From positions 40,775 to 104,774 of the forward strand of contig JAOZFN010000005.1 of the NCBI GenBank assembly GCA_027492205.1: 64,000 nucleotides of DNA. The letters are read 5' to 3'. The notes under the pieces were generated by a model, which was not told the origin of the DNA, did no database searches, and worked only from the letters and a program-made list of their open reading frames with translations. Each line of letters opens with the position of its first letter. The first letter of the stretch is position 1. The DNA comes from Thermoproteota archaeon. GTDB lineage: Archaea > Korarchaeota > Korarchaeia > Korarchaeales > Korarchaeaceae. Made by a program: the position numbers and the translations under genes. Below, piece after piece: positions 46,115-55,495 of this stretch.

Positions 46115-47008
46115 TCAGAGGAATATCGTCCCCTGAGCTTCGAGCCTCTCCAGCGCCTCCCACCTGGACAGGAAGGCCCTCTCCAGCTCCTCTATGTCCG
46201 CGTCGGTCAGGTGTCTGAACCTCTTCTGCAGGCTGACGTAATCTTTCAGCGGCCTCCTGCGCGGCTTCACGGTTATCTTCAACTTTCCGTGCTCTACCTC
46301 GAACAGCGGCCATACGTACGTGTCCACAGCCAGCTTGGCGATCTCGACAGTCTTGTCCACGGGGAAGTTCCACCCCGTCGGGCAGGGTGCGAAGATCTGG
46401 ATGTACCTGAAGCCCCTCATCTGCTTGGCCTTCTCCAACTTCTTCAGGAAGTCCGCCGGGTAGCCTATGCTCGCCGTGGCCACGTACGGGACGCCGTGGG
46501 CGGCCACGATCAGCGCCATGTTCTTCTTCATCTCGGCCTTCCCCGTCGGGGTCGTCTTCGTCCAAGCCTTGGGCGGGGTCGCCCCGGACCTCTGGATTCC
46601 GGTGTTCATGTACGCCTCGTTGTCGTAGCAGATGTAGATCATGTCCTCGTTCCTCTCGGCCGCCCCCGAGAGGGCCTGGAGGCCGATGTCGTACGTGCCC
46701 CCGTCTCCGGCCCACGCCACCACGTGGACGTCTTCCTCGCCCATTGCCCTCAGGGCCCTGGCCATTCCCGAAGCCGTGGAGGCCGCGGCGGCAAAAGCCA
46801 TGTTGTACACGGGGAACTTGAAGGCGCTCTTCGGGTAGGGCCCCTGGATGACGCTGGTGCAGCAGGCCGGTATGACGAAGACGGCCCTACCCCCCAATAT
46901 CTTCAGGACCCACTTCAGCGCGATCTGGGCGCCGCAACCCGGACATGCCGCAGACCCCGGGAGGACGTACTTGGGACCCCTCGCCAGGTCCATGACGGTC
47001 TTCGCCAT
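46115..47008 (-). CDS. porB: 2-oxoacid:ferredoxin oxidoreductase beta subunit
   Basis: ACPGCG, GDGGTYDIG, DNEAYMNTGIQRS, PCPTGW. Confidence 0.93.
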   Translation of the reverse strand: MAKTVMDLARGPKYVLPGSAACPGCGAQIALKWVLKILGGRAVFVIPACCTSVIQGPYPKSAFKFPVYNMAFAAAASTASGMARALRAMGEEDVHVVAWAGDGGTYDIGLQALSGAAERNEDMIYICYDNEAYMNTGIQRSGATPPKAWTKTTPTGKAEMKKNMALIVAAHGVPYVATASIGYPADFLKKLEKAKQMRGFRYIQIFAPCPTGWNFPVDKTVEIAKLAVDTYVWPLFEVEHGKLKITVKPRRRPLKDYVSLQKRFRHLTDADIEELERAFLSRWEALERLEAQGTIFL

Positions 47009-47015
47009 CCAAACA

Positions 47016-48218
47016 TCACCTCCTCAGCTTGTACCACTCCACGGGCCTGACCCTGCCCTCTTTCACCCTCTCCTCCGCGATCTTCACGATCTCAGCTATG
47101 TCCTCGTAGGTTATGTCGCGCCCGCCGAGCCCCGTGACGAACCCGACGACGGGGGTCGACACCCCAGCGGTGAAGAGGGCGGCCCTGATGTCGGTGGCCA
47201 GCGGGCCAGCCTGACCGAACGAGAGGCTCCTGTCGAGCACGACGATCGCCTTTCTACCCTCCGCCAGCCTCGCTATCTCTTCCCCTGGGAACGGCCTGTA
47301 GCTCCTCACCTTAACGAGCCCTACGCCCTTGCCCCCAGACCTCAGGAGGTCCACGGCCTCCTCGGCCTCCGAGGCCAGGGTCCCTGTGGCCACGACGAGA
47401 ATGTCCGCGTCTTCTGTCTCGTACTCCCACAGGAGGTCCCCGTGGTACCTGCCAAAGGCCCGCTTGAACTCCCCGGCCACCTCCCTGATGGCCTCTTTGG
47501 CCCTGAGCATGGCCTCGTGGATGGACCACCTCATCTCCATGTACTCCCTCTCCGGCATGACGAGGTTACCGTAGGTGATCGGCCGATCGGGGTCCATGGC
47601 CCAGTGAGGAGGCCTGTACTCGGGTAAGAAGGCGTCCACATCCGCCTGATCCGGTATGTGGACGGGCTGGAACGTGTGGCTGAGCACGAACCCGTCGAGG
47701 CAGACCATGAACGGGAGGAGCACGTCGGGCCTCTCGGCCACCTTGTACATCATCAAGACGGTGTCGAGGGCCTCCTGGTTGGAGGAGACGAACTGAATCA
47801 TCCAGCCGGTGTCCCTCTGGGAGACGGCGTCTTGGTGATCCACGTGGATGCTCCAGGGGGGCCCCACTGCCCTGTTCACCACGGCCATCCCGATCGGCAG
47901 CCTCGAGCCGACGGCCCAGTGGAGAACCTCGTGCATCAGCAGGAGCCCCTGGCTGGCGGTGGCCGTGAAGGTCCTGGCGCCGACGGCCGCGGCCCCTATG
48001 GCGGCGGCCATGGCGCTGTGCTCGCTCTCCACCCGAATATACTCGGCGTCCATCTCTCCCCTCTCGATGAAGTCCGCGATGTACTCCACTATCGTGGTCT
48101 GCGGCGTGATCGGGTATGCTGGAACGACCTTGACGCGGGCCAGCCTGGCCGCGTGCGCAACGGCGTGGTTTCCCGTGATTATGTCCCACTTCCCCCTCTC
48201 TGCCTGCCTCTGGATCAT
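47016..48218 (-). CDS. porA: 2-oxoacid:ferredoxin oxidoreductase alpha subunit
   Basis: YPITPQT, ESEHSA, TASQGL, DGFVLSH, GLGGRD. Confidence 0.94.
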   Translation of the reverse strand: MIQRQAERGKWDIITGNHAVAHAARLARVKVVPAYPITPQTTIVEYIADFIERGEMDAEYIRVESEHSAMAAAIGAAAVGARTFTATASQGLLLMHEVLHWAVGSRLPIGMAVVNRAVGPPWSIHVDHQDAVSQRDTGWMIQFVSSNQEALDTVLMMYKVAERPDVLLPFMVCLDGFVLSHTFQPVHIPDQADVDAFLPEYRPPHWAMDPDRPITYGNLVMPEREYMEMRWSIHEAMLRAKEAIREVAGEFKRAFGRYHGDLLWEYETEDADILVVATGTLASEAEEAVDLLRSGGKGVGLVKVRSYRPFPGEEIARLAEGRKAIVVLDRSLSFGQAGPLATDIRAALFTAGVSTPVVGFVTGLGGRDITYEDIAEIVKIAEERVKEGRVRPVEWYKLRR

Positions 48219-48481
48219 TCTCTCACCTCCGGCACCATATCTATGGCCTTAGTGGGGCACTCGTTCGCGCAGATCCCGCACCCCTTGCAGAACTCGTAGT
48301 CCACAACCGGGTATCCGTCCGGGCCCTCGTCGATCACATCCTCCATGCAGTAGAGGGCGCACACCCAGCACCTGACGCACTTGCCCTTGTCTATCACGGG
48401 TTTGAATACCCTCCACAACCCGGTCCGACCAGCGGCAGCCTCCGCCGGGTTCGAGATCGGAATGACAACGTCAGAAGGCAT
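48215..48481 (-). CDS. porD: 2-oxoacid:ferredoxin oxidoreductase delta subunit
   Basis: TGLWR..KPVID, CVRCWVCALYC, CKGCGICANECP. Confidence 0.93.
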   Translation of the reverse strand: MPSDVVIPISNPAEAAAGRTGLWRVFKPVIDKGKCVRCWVCALYCMEDVIDEGPDGYPVVDYEFCKGCGICANECPTKAIDMVPEVRE

Positions 48482-48624
48482 GCCTTTACCTCACCAACCC
48501 TCACGGAGGCCCGGGCCCCGAATCGACTAAATCTTTTCCATACTATGTGGAGCGGCCTGACGGTCTACGGCGGCCGCGCGCCGCGCGCGGTGAGCCAAAA
48601 ACGGTAGAAAGAGTATCGGGGGGC

Positions 48625-48876
48625 TCAGAAGCCCCTCTCGGGTCTTCCGCCCCTCTCGGGCATGGCCTCCTCCTTGACGAGGAGGGTCATGCCCTCAAAC
48701 TGGAGCTCCAGGGTGCTTCCGCCCAGCGCTCCTGGCTTGACGCTGACCTCAATCGGGTCAGTCTCCCTCATGGGATAGAAGATCTTCCAGACCTGGCTCT
48801 TCAGCCCGGGCTGCCTCTGCTCCAGGAACTCCAGTATCCGGTCGGTCATCGGCACACCGACGCGTCTGGCAGACAT
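48625..48876 (-). CDS. Small hypothetical protein (83 aa)
   Basis: Host-like codon usage, GGTGA SD, TTAAATA box upstream and T-tract downstream. Confidence 0.7.
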   Translation of the reverse strand: MSARRVGVPMTDRILEFLEQRQPGLKSQVWKIFYPMRETDPIEVSVKPGALGGSTLELQFEGMTLLVKEEAMPERGGRPERGF

Positions 48877-49262
48877 GATCTCACCCTACCTCGCTCTGCC
48901 CCGAGCGGGGCGCGGTGGCACGGAGGTCTGCAGATATTTAAGGATTTTCGCATATTGTCTGGAAAATAAGGATTCAAACAGACATGGATCTCTGCAGGAC
49001 GGTATGTGAGGCGAATATGCGATGAACCCGGCTTATCTGGACCCTCAGAGCTTCCGATTCAAGGGAGTAACATTTCACGGATGTAAAATATAGCTTTGGG
49101 ATGGAGGGGTGGCGAATAGGCCAGCTGGTTTAACATAAATCTCGGATAGAGGACAATATTATCGACGAGTATACCCTACGTCCGGCTACAAAACGACCGA
49201 TGTCTAATGACGAAGCTTAGTTTATTAGGTTCCGACCTCCTATAGAGACCGGGGGTGATGGG

Positions 49263-49448
49263 ATGGAGATCGATTACATCGATGGTGCGTCCCCCATTGT
49301 AGCCGATGACTGGGATACCGCCTTGTACGTGATGTACCTCTACCTCGCCTCAAGGCCCGAGTTCGAGCCGCTAGTGGAGGTGGAGGTTACTAGGGCCGAG
49401 GGTGAGTCGCGCCCGGAGAAGGTTAAAGGGACCGTCGTATCCGGCTGA
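49263..49448 (+). CDS. Small acidic hypothetical protein (61 aa)
   Basis: GGGGGTG SD and TTTATT box upstream; 19 nt before speB. Confidence 0.5.
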   Translation: MEIDYIDGASPIVADDWDTALYVMYLYLASRPEFEPLVEVEVTRAEGESRPEKVKGTVVSG

Positions 49449-49467
49449 GCCGGGGTAGCAGTCCCGG

Positions 49468-50355
49468 ATGACCAGGCCGAAGGGGCCTTGGGGCCCAGAG
49501 CGAGCCTTTCTAGGGTATAGTGTGCCCTACGAGGACGCACGCTACGTCATCTTGCCCGTACCCTACGACTCCACCGCCAGCTGCCGGCCCGGGGCCAGGT
49601 TCGGCCCGAGGCAGATAATAGACAGCTCTGCCCTCTTGGAGACCTTTGACCCCTACACGGGACGCGACCTGTCTGAGCTGCCCATTCACACTCTCCCTGA
49701 GGCCTCGGTTCCAAGGGCTGATCACGACAAGGCCTTGAGGCTCGTCGAAGACATAACGCGGTCGATAGTCTCAGACGGGAAGGTTCCGATAATCCTCGGG
49801 GGAGATCACAGCGTGACCATAGGCGCGTTCCTGGGGGCTCAGTCGACGGGGCGCCTCGCGTTCATCAGCTTAGATGCTCACCTGGACTCGTACGGAGAGT
49901 TCGAGGGAAGTCCACTGGGTCACGCGTCCGTCACTGCCAGGTGCTCGGAGCGGGCCGTCGCGTCGATTGTGGTGGGCGCCAGGGCCGCCGGTCGGGAGGA
50001 GGTGAGGGTCGCGCGAGAGAGGGGGGTCGAGATCATCTGGGCGTGGGAGCTGAAGGAGAATCTCTCCAAGCTGGCCGCCGCGCTCGAGAATCTCCAGGGA
50101 ATGCGGGCCTACATCAGCTTTGACGTCGACGTCCTGGACCCCTCACTGGTACCCTGCACGGGCTGTCCGGAGCCTGGAGGCCTCGACTGGTACGAGGCCG
50201 TCCGGGCCCTCGAACTCATAATGCGAGCGGTGAGGCCAGTCGCACTCGACTTCGTGGAGTTAGGTGACTGCCGTGCCCGGCCCGACGCCCCATACCTCGT
50301 CGCAAAGTTGGTGGCTCACGCCCTCGGCGCGTTGGACTCTCTAAGTAACGTCTGA
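49468..50355 (+). CDS. speB: Agmatinase (arginase family)
   Basis: PYDST, GARFGP, GGDHS, DAHLD, DVDVLDP, PEPGG. Confidence 0.9.
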   Translation: MTRPKGPWGPERAFLGYSVPYEDARYVILPVPYDSTASCRPGARFGPRQIIDSSALLETFDPYTGRDLSELPIHTLPEASVPRADHDKALRLVEDITRSIVSDGKVPIILGGDHSVTIGAFLGAQSTGRLAFISLDAHLDSYGEFEGSPLGHASVTARCSERAVASIVVGARAAGREEVRVARERGVEIIWAWELKENLSKLAAALENLQGMRAYISFDVDVLDPSLVPCTGCPEPGGLDWYEAVRALELIMRAVRPVALDFVELGDCRARPDAPYLVAKLVAHALGALDSLSNV

Positions 50356-50918
50356 GTTCTCATCACCCTGACCACCAGGATTTCCGCGATTCCGGCCAAC
50401 GCCAGGATCTCGACCCAGGCCTTCAGGAGTATCCCGAGAATAACCCCCCTCGACAGGAAGGCCGCCTGCTCGGGAGGGAGCAGGACCCTCCTCGCGAGTT
50501 CCAGCGTTGCGTAGGTGAATACAGACTCTGGGACGTATCCCAAGGGGACCGCGAGCGAGGGTCGAAGCTTTCGCCCCAAAACCCCGACGAAGAAGCCCGT
50601 CATGGCCTTTCCCGGAAATATCAGCAGGCCGATCACTATCGGGAGGTATCCCATCAGGGAGAACCTGACGAACGGGAAGGCCGCCACTAGTGCGCCTGTC
50701 AGGGCCCCCCAGACCGGCCCCAGGGTGTACGCGGCCACTATCGTGGCGAGGTGGGAGAGGTCAAGCGCGATCTGCGGGTGAAGGTTCCCAACTTCCATTG
50801 AAAGCACCGCGAGGGCGTTCCCTAGCGCCCCCAGCATGCCCGCGAAGACCGCCTTTCCGTTGACATCGGATCTCTGGGCCGGCCGATCCATAGTGACTAC
50901 AAATGGGCAGATATCCAC
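50316..50918 (-). CDS. ECF transporter S-component-like membrane protein
   Basis: About six TM segments; AGMLGALG...LDLSH...LGPVWGALTG pattern. Confidence 0.7.
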   Translation of the reverse strand: MDICPFVVTMDRPAQRSDVNGKAVFAGMLGALGNALAVLSMEVGNLHPQIALDLSHLATIVAAYTLGPVWGALTGALVAAFPFVRFSLMGYLPIVIGLLIFPGKAMTGFFVGVLGRKLRPSLAVPLGYVPESVFTYATLELARRVLLPPEQAAFLSRGVILGILLKAWVEILALAGIAEILVVRVMRTQTLLRESNAPRA

Positions 50919-50932
50919 TTATGGTATAAAGG

Positions 50933-52075
50933 TTACGGGACCTCCGGGAGCACCACGCCCCTGCCCTCCAGCTGCTCCGCCATCTCACCCACAAGCCTCT
51001 TCAGGCCCAGACCGGTCTTGGCCGACACGGTTATGTGGGGGGCCTCCTCAATCAGGTCCACGTAGTCCCTGACTCTCGCCCTGAGCGTGGCGTCGTCGAG
51101 CAGGTCGGCCTTGTTGAACACAACGAGGATGTCCTCCGGACCCTTCCCGAGCTCCCTGAGCAGCCTGAGCGACTCCGATATCTTCACCTCGGCCACCTCG
51201 GGCTTGTCAGCGACGTCGACGACCATCAGGGCGAGCTGCGAGTACTGCATGTCGATCACGTTCAGCCTGAACGAGTGGATGAGCCTCGGGTCGAGGTCGA
51301 GCACGAACCCGATCGTGTCCACGAGGTAGACCCGACCGTCCATGAGCCCGGCGTACTTGCTGGACAGTGTGGTGAAGGGCTGGGGGCTGACCGGCTTGTC
51401 CAGACCCGTGAGGGCATTGAACAGGCTGGTCTTGCCGGCGTTGTAGTAGCCAGTGATGACCACGATCTTCCCGCCGGACTCCAGGCGCTTCCTCACCCTC
51501 TCCAGCTTCTGCCTCTCCAGCCTCTCGATCTTCCTCCGGAGGATCTTCATCCTCCTCTGAACCGCGTTCACCGCCCTGTGGTAGGCGTACTCACCCCCGC
51601 CGAGGAAGCCGGCGCGCATCCTCAGGAACTTCTTCGCGGCGGCCAGCTTGATGTAGGGGAGGGCCTTGCTGAGGGCGGCCAGGTCTATCTGGAGCTTGGA
51701 GATGACGTCGCTGGCCGCCTCCCTGAAGATCCTGAGGGTGACCTCATACCTGTCAACCACCTCGACGCCGAGGGCCCCCTCGAGGTTCCACTTCTGCTTG
51801 CTCGTCAGCGTGTTGTAGAACACCACGAGGGCTGGGTCTATCTGCCTGACCTTCTCTCGGAGTTCCTCGACCTTGCCCCTGCCCAGAACGTAGTTGACGG
51901 TTGGCTTCGTCCTGACCTGTATCACACGGTAGACTGGCGCGTAGCCCAGCGTCTGAAGCAGGTTCTCCAGCTCCCCCATCTGGATCTTGTAAAGGTGATG
52001 GTCGTGGGGGTTGGTCTTCACCATCACCGTGATTACCTTGGGCCTCCTAGCCACTCTTCGCCCTCCCCTTCTCAC
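50933..52075 (-). CDS. hflX: GTPase HflX
   Basis: GRGKVEE, GGGE, GYYNAGKT, FTTL, DTIGF, NKAD, SAKTG. Confidence 0.92.
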   Translation of the reverse strand: MRRGGRRVARRPKVITVMVKTNPHDHHLYKIQMGELENLLQTLGYAPVYRVIQVRTKPTVNYVLGRGKVEELREKVRQIDPALVVFYNTLTSKQKWNLEGALGVEVVDRYEVTLRIFREAASDVISKLQIDLAALSKALPYIKLAAAKKFLRMRAGFLGGGEYAYHRAVNAVQRRMKILRRKIERLERQKLERVRKRLESGGKIVVITGYYNAGKTSLFNALTGLDKPVSPQPFTTLSSKYAGLMDGRVYLVDTIGFVLDLDPRLIHSFRLNVIDMQYSQLALMVVDVADKPEVAEVKISESLRLLRELGKGPEDILVVFNKADLLDDATLRARVRDYVDLIEEAPHITVSAKTGLGLKRLVGEMAEQLEGRGVVLPEVP

Positions 52076-52117
52076 CTGGCCGTCGGCGATCCGGGTTAAT
52101 TAATCTATCCGTGACTC

Positions 52118-53473
52118 TCAGCCGAATTTTGGCCTCTCGTAGAGCTCCTTGGGCCCCTTTATCGTGGCGTCGATGATCATCTTCGCGTAGGGAAGCCTCA
52201 CCCTCCGGACCTCTCCATCGATCTCCACGAGCGCGAGGTTGCTGTGGTCGAGGGAGGAGCCGAGGACGTTCCCTATCACCATGAAGTCCCTGGGCGGGTA
52301 GGTCCTCTGGACGACGGCCCTCATGAGCTGCTCGTAGTCGTAGACGTCCACGTCGGAGTCAACGACTATGACCCTCTTCAGGCTCTTGTGGGCCGCCATC
52401 ATGGCCAGGGCAACCTGGACGGCCTGACCCTCGTACTCCTTCTCAATAGCGACAGCCGCCTCTATCCACCTTCCCCCGGCGGGGGTCATGGCGACCCCGA
52501 CCACCTTGGCGTGCCTGGAGGCGGCCTCCCACAGGACTGGCTCGACCGGGAGGCCCATCAAGAGCTCGTGCTCCCTCCCGCCGGGCAGGATCGCCTGATA
52601 GATGGCGTCGGACCGCATCCTGATGGACTTGACCTCCATCACGGGCTGCTTTCGAACTATGTCCTTCCCGAAGATCTCGTAGAATGGACCCTCGTCCGCC
52701 CGCTCTCCGGGGAGTATCCGACCCTCCAGGAGAATCTCGGCCTCGACAGGAGCGTCCGCGTCGACGCTCTCGCACGGCGTGAGCCTGACGGGCCTCCCCT
52801 CCACGGCGCCGGCGATCGCGAGCTTGTCCCTGTCCTCAGCAGGGATGGCGCCTGCCAGCATCAGTCCGGGGCCCACGCCAATCGCCACCGCGACGTCGAG
52901 GGGCCTCCCCTCCGCCTCGGCTTCGGCTATCAGCCTGTGGAGCTTCCGGCCCTCGACGGCCCTCAGCACCACCCTGTCTCTCGAGATGGGCATCATCCTG
53001 TGGTACGAGGCGGAGTACCCCCCCGTGGCCTCGTCCCTGACCACCACTATTCCGGCCGTGATGTAAGGGCCGGCCTCTCCAACGTAGTGCCTCAGTATGG
53101 GGAGCCTCTCCAGGTTCACCGGCTCCACCTTCAGGTCCCACTCTGGGGTGTGGCCAGGGCTCGGCGGCACTCCCGAGTCCACTGCCGACCGGAGGACGCG
53201 CCAGATCTCCCTCGGGTTAACGCCTAGGAGTTTTGCCATCAGCTCCCTGCCGGACGCCACTCCCCCCACCACCCTGAACTGACTGATCTCCCCCGTCCTG
53301 AGCACGGGAGACGTGAACAGGGCGGCGGAGCGGCCTTCCGTAGACGCCAAGCTCTTGGCTATCTCGTAATCCACGCTGAGCCTGTCTCCAAAAACCCTCA
53401 GCAGGCCCGCCTCCTCGAGGTCCTCCAGAGACCTCCTCAGACCTGTTGCCGTCACCTTGGGCTCTCTCGGCAA
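52118..53473 (-). CDS. UbiD-family (prFMN) decarboxylase
   Basis: GPYITAG, SYHRM, EGPFYE, VVDSDVD, SSLD, KMIIDAT; substrate not determinable. Confidence 0.9.
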   Translation of the reverse strand: MPREPKVTATGLRRSLEDLEEAGLLRVFGDRLSVDYEIAKSLASTEGRSAALFTSPVLRTGEISQFRVVGGVASGRELMAKLLGVNPREIWRVLRSAVDSGVPPSPGHTPEWDLKVEPVNLERLPILRHYVGEAGPYITAGIVVVRDEATGGYSASYHRMMPISRDRVVLRAVEGRKLHRLIAEAEAEGRPLDVAVAIGVGPGLMLAGAIPAEDRDKLAIAGAVEGRPVRLTPCESVDADAPVEAEILLEGRILPGERADEGPFYEIFGKDIVRKQPVMEVKSIRMRSDAIYQAILPGGREHELLMGLPVEPVLWEAASRHAKVVGVAMTPAGGRWIEAAVAIEKEYEGQAVQVALAMMAAHKSLKRVIVVDSDVDVYDYEQLMRAVVQRTYPPRDFMVIGNVLGSSLDHSNLALVEIDGEVRRVRLPYAKMIIDATIKGPKELYERPKFG

Positions 53474-53519
53474 GCCCGCGGAACCATTTAAATAAGCGGA
53501 TCTGCGGGATGGGCTGAGA

Positions 53520-54827
53520 ATGTCTTCTGGGTCGGGGGAAGTGGCGAGGACGCACCTGATCTCACAGGTCGGGCCCGACCTGGAGGGACAGGAGGTCGGC
53601 CTGGCTGGCTGGGTCTACCGATATCGAGACCTGGGCTCCGTCGTCTTCATCGTGCTGAGGGACGCCACTGGCATAATTCAGGCGGTAGTCAGGTCGGAGG
53701 AGGTGGAGCCGGATAGCTGGGAGGCGGCCAAGAGGGCCGATGTGGAGGCCTCCGTGAAGCTGGCAGGCGTCGTGAGGCTGGATCCCAGGGCCCCCGGCGG
53801 GGTGGAGGTCAGGGCCACCAGGTTCAAACTGGTCGGCGAGTCTCCGGACTTCCCCATAAAGAAGGACACCGGAGTGGAGTTCAGGCTCGACAAGAGGCAC
53901 TTGGACATCCGGAGCAGGAGGATGTGGGCGGCCCTGAGAATTCGAGCTGAGTTCATAGCGGGCCTGAGGGAGTGGTTCGACTCCAACGGCTTCATCCCGG
54001 TTGAGGCCCCGACGTTCGTCAGCGCCGCGGTGGAGGGGGGAGCCACCCTCTTCGAACTCAACTACTTCGGCAGGAAGGCCTACCTCACCCAGAGCTCCCA
54101 GTTCTACCTTGAGGCCGCGATCTTCACCTTTGAGAAGGTCTACACAATCCAGCCGAGTTTCAGGGCGGAGAAGTCCAGAACCAGGAGGCACCTCACCGAG
54201 TTCTGGCACGCCGAGGCCGAGATGGCCTGGCACGACCTCGACGCGATGATGGACGTCGCGGAGGCTCTGGTGGATCACGCGGTTCATCGGGTGTACGAGA
54301 ACAGGAAGGAGGAGCTTGAGATACTTGGAAGGAAGTTCGAGCCACCTCAGAGGCCCTATCCTCGGATCTCCTACGACGAGGCCATAGACATAGCCCAGTC
54401 CAAGGGAGTTCAGATCGAGTGGGGGGACGACATGTCCACCGAGGCTGAGAGGGTCGTGTCGCTGGAGTTCGACAGGCCGGTCTTCGTCTGCAGGTATCCG
54501 AAGCAGGCCAAGGCCTTCTACCACGCGCCCGACCCAGCGAGACCCGAGGTGGTCCTCTGCGCGGATCTCCTCGCCCCCGAGGGCATAGGGGAGATAATAG
54601 GCGGCGGCCAGAGGATACACTCCTACGACGAGCTGGTGGCGAGGATCAGGGAGGAGGGCCTCAGGGTTGAGGACTACGAGTGGTACCTCGACCTGAGGAG
54701 GTACGGTTCGGTCCCCCACGCCGGCTTCGGCCTCGGCGTCGAGAGGACCGTCAGGTGGATCGCAGGCATACCGCACATCAGGGACGCGGTGGCCTTCCCG
54801 AGGACGCCGACGAGGCTGACCCCCTAA
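53520..54827 (+). CDS. asnS: Asparaginyl-tRNA synthetase
   Basis: OB domain, EGGATLF, YLTQSSQFY, FRAEKSRTRRHLTEFW, WYLDLRRYGSVPHAGFGLG. Confidence 0.93.
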   Translation: MSSGSGEVARTHLISQVGPDLEGQEVGLAGWVYRYRDLGSVVFIVLRDATGIIQAVVRSEEVEPDSWEAAKRADVEASVKLAGVVRLDPRAPGGVEVRATRFKLVGESPDFPIKKDTGVEFRLDKRHLDIRSRRMWAALRIRAEFIAGLREWFDSNGFIPVEAPTFVSAAVEGGATLFELNYFGRKAYLTQSSQFYLEAAIFTFEKVYTIQPSFRAEKSRTRRHLTEFWHAEAEMAWHDLDAMMDVAEALVDHAVHRVYENRKEELEILGRKFEPPQRPYPRISYDEAIDIAQSKGVQIEWGDDMSTEAERVVSLEFDRPVFVCRYPKQAKAFYHAPDPARPEVVLCADLLAPEGIGEIIGGGQRIHSYDELVARIREEGLRVEDYEWYLDLRRYGSVPHAGFGLGVERTVRWIAGIPHIRDAVAFPRTPTRLTP

Positions 54828-54832
54828 CCCCC

Positions 54833-55495
54833 TCACTCAAACCGGGCGAGGGACCCGCCCCCCTCCCCCTCCGTCTGACCGTTGTAGCGAGCCTCCAGGA
54901 GAGACCTCAGCCTCCGCGCCCTCTTCTCGCCAATCACCGACCTGAGTTCCGGGAAGCTGGCCTGGAAGACCCTCTTGAGCGTCCCGAACCTCTTGAGGAG
55001 GGCCTCCGCGCTCTTGGGGCCTATGCCTGGGACGCTGGTCAACACGTAGAGCTGCGCCTCGGACAGGCTCGCGAGCTTGGGTCGCCTCCTCGCCACCACG
55101 GGGCCGCCCCGCCCCTCCCTGGCCAGCGCGGCGATGAACCAGCATGTCTGGTCCCGGTCCGCCAGGCAAACCACGCTCGCGCCCATCCGCAGGAGGCCCG
55201 CCATGGCCCCCGCGATCACGCGCCCCTCCCTCTGGGTCAGGCCCAGGAAGGGCCCCTCTATCAGGAGGATCGCCCTCTCGTACACCTCCAAGATCCTCTT
55301 CACCTGGTCGAACACCCTGCCGTCGTAGATCGAGTTCAAGAAGTCTCGGGGGGTCTTCCTCTCGATGCAGACCTCTCCCCCAATCAGGTAGTCGCAGGGC
55401 TCCAGCCTCCTCCTGTCGACGCTGTTGAGGAGGCTCTTGAGGGCTTCGTAGATCTCCATCGGCTCGTTAGAGTCTACGACGACCCTGGCCGGCAC
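54833..55495 (-). CDS. xpf: Short XPF/ERCC4 structure-specific nuclease (nuclease + HhH2)
   Basis: VVDSNE, DYLI...IERKT..DF..SI.DGR..DQ, VPGIGPK. Confidence 0.92.
   Translation of the reverse strand: MPARVVVDSNEPMEIYEALKSLLNSVDRRRLEPCDYLIGGEVCIERKTPRDFLNSIYDGRVFDQVKRILEVYERAILLIEGPFLGLTQREGRVIAGAMAGLLRMGASVVCLADRDQTCWFIAALAREGRGGPVVARRRPKLASLSEAQLYVLTSVPGIGPKSAEALLKRFGTLKRVFQASFPELRSVIGEKRARRLRSLLEARYNGQTEGEGGGSLARFE

Noticed and set aside
53562-54836. Long antisense ORFs (also 51035-52099, 52244-53227, 57028-57981, 40055-40954)
   Set aside because: Shadows of well-supported genes caused by high GC3; no motifs
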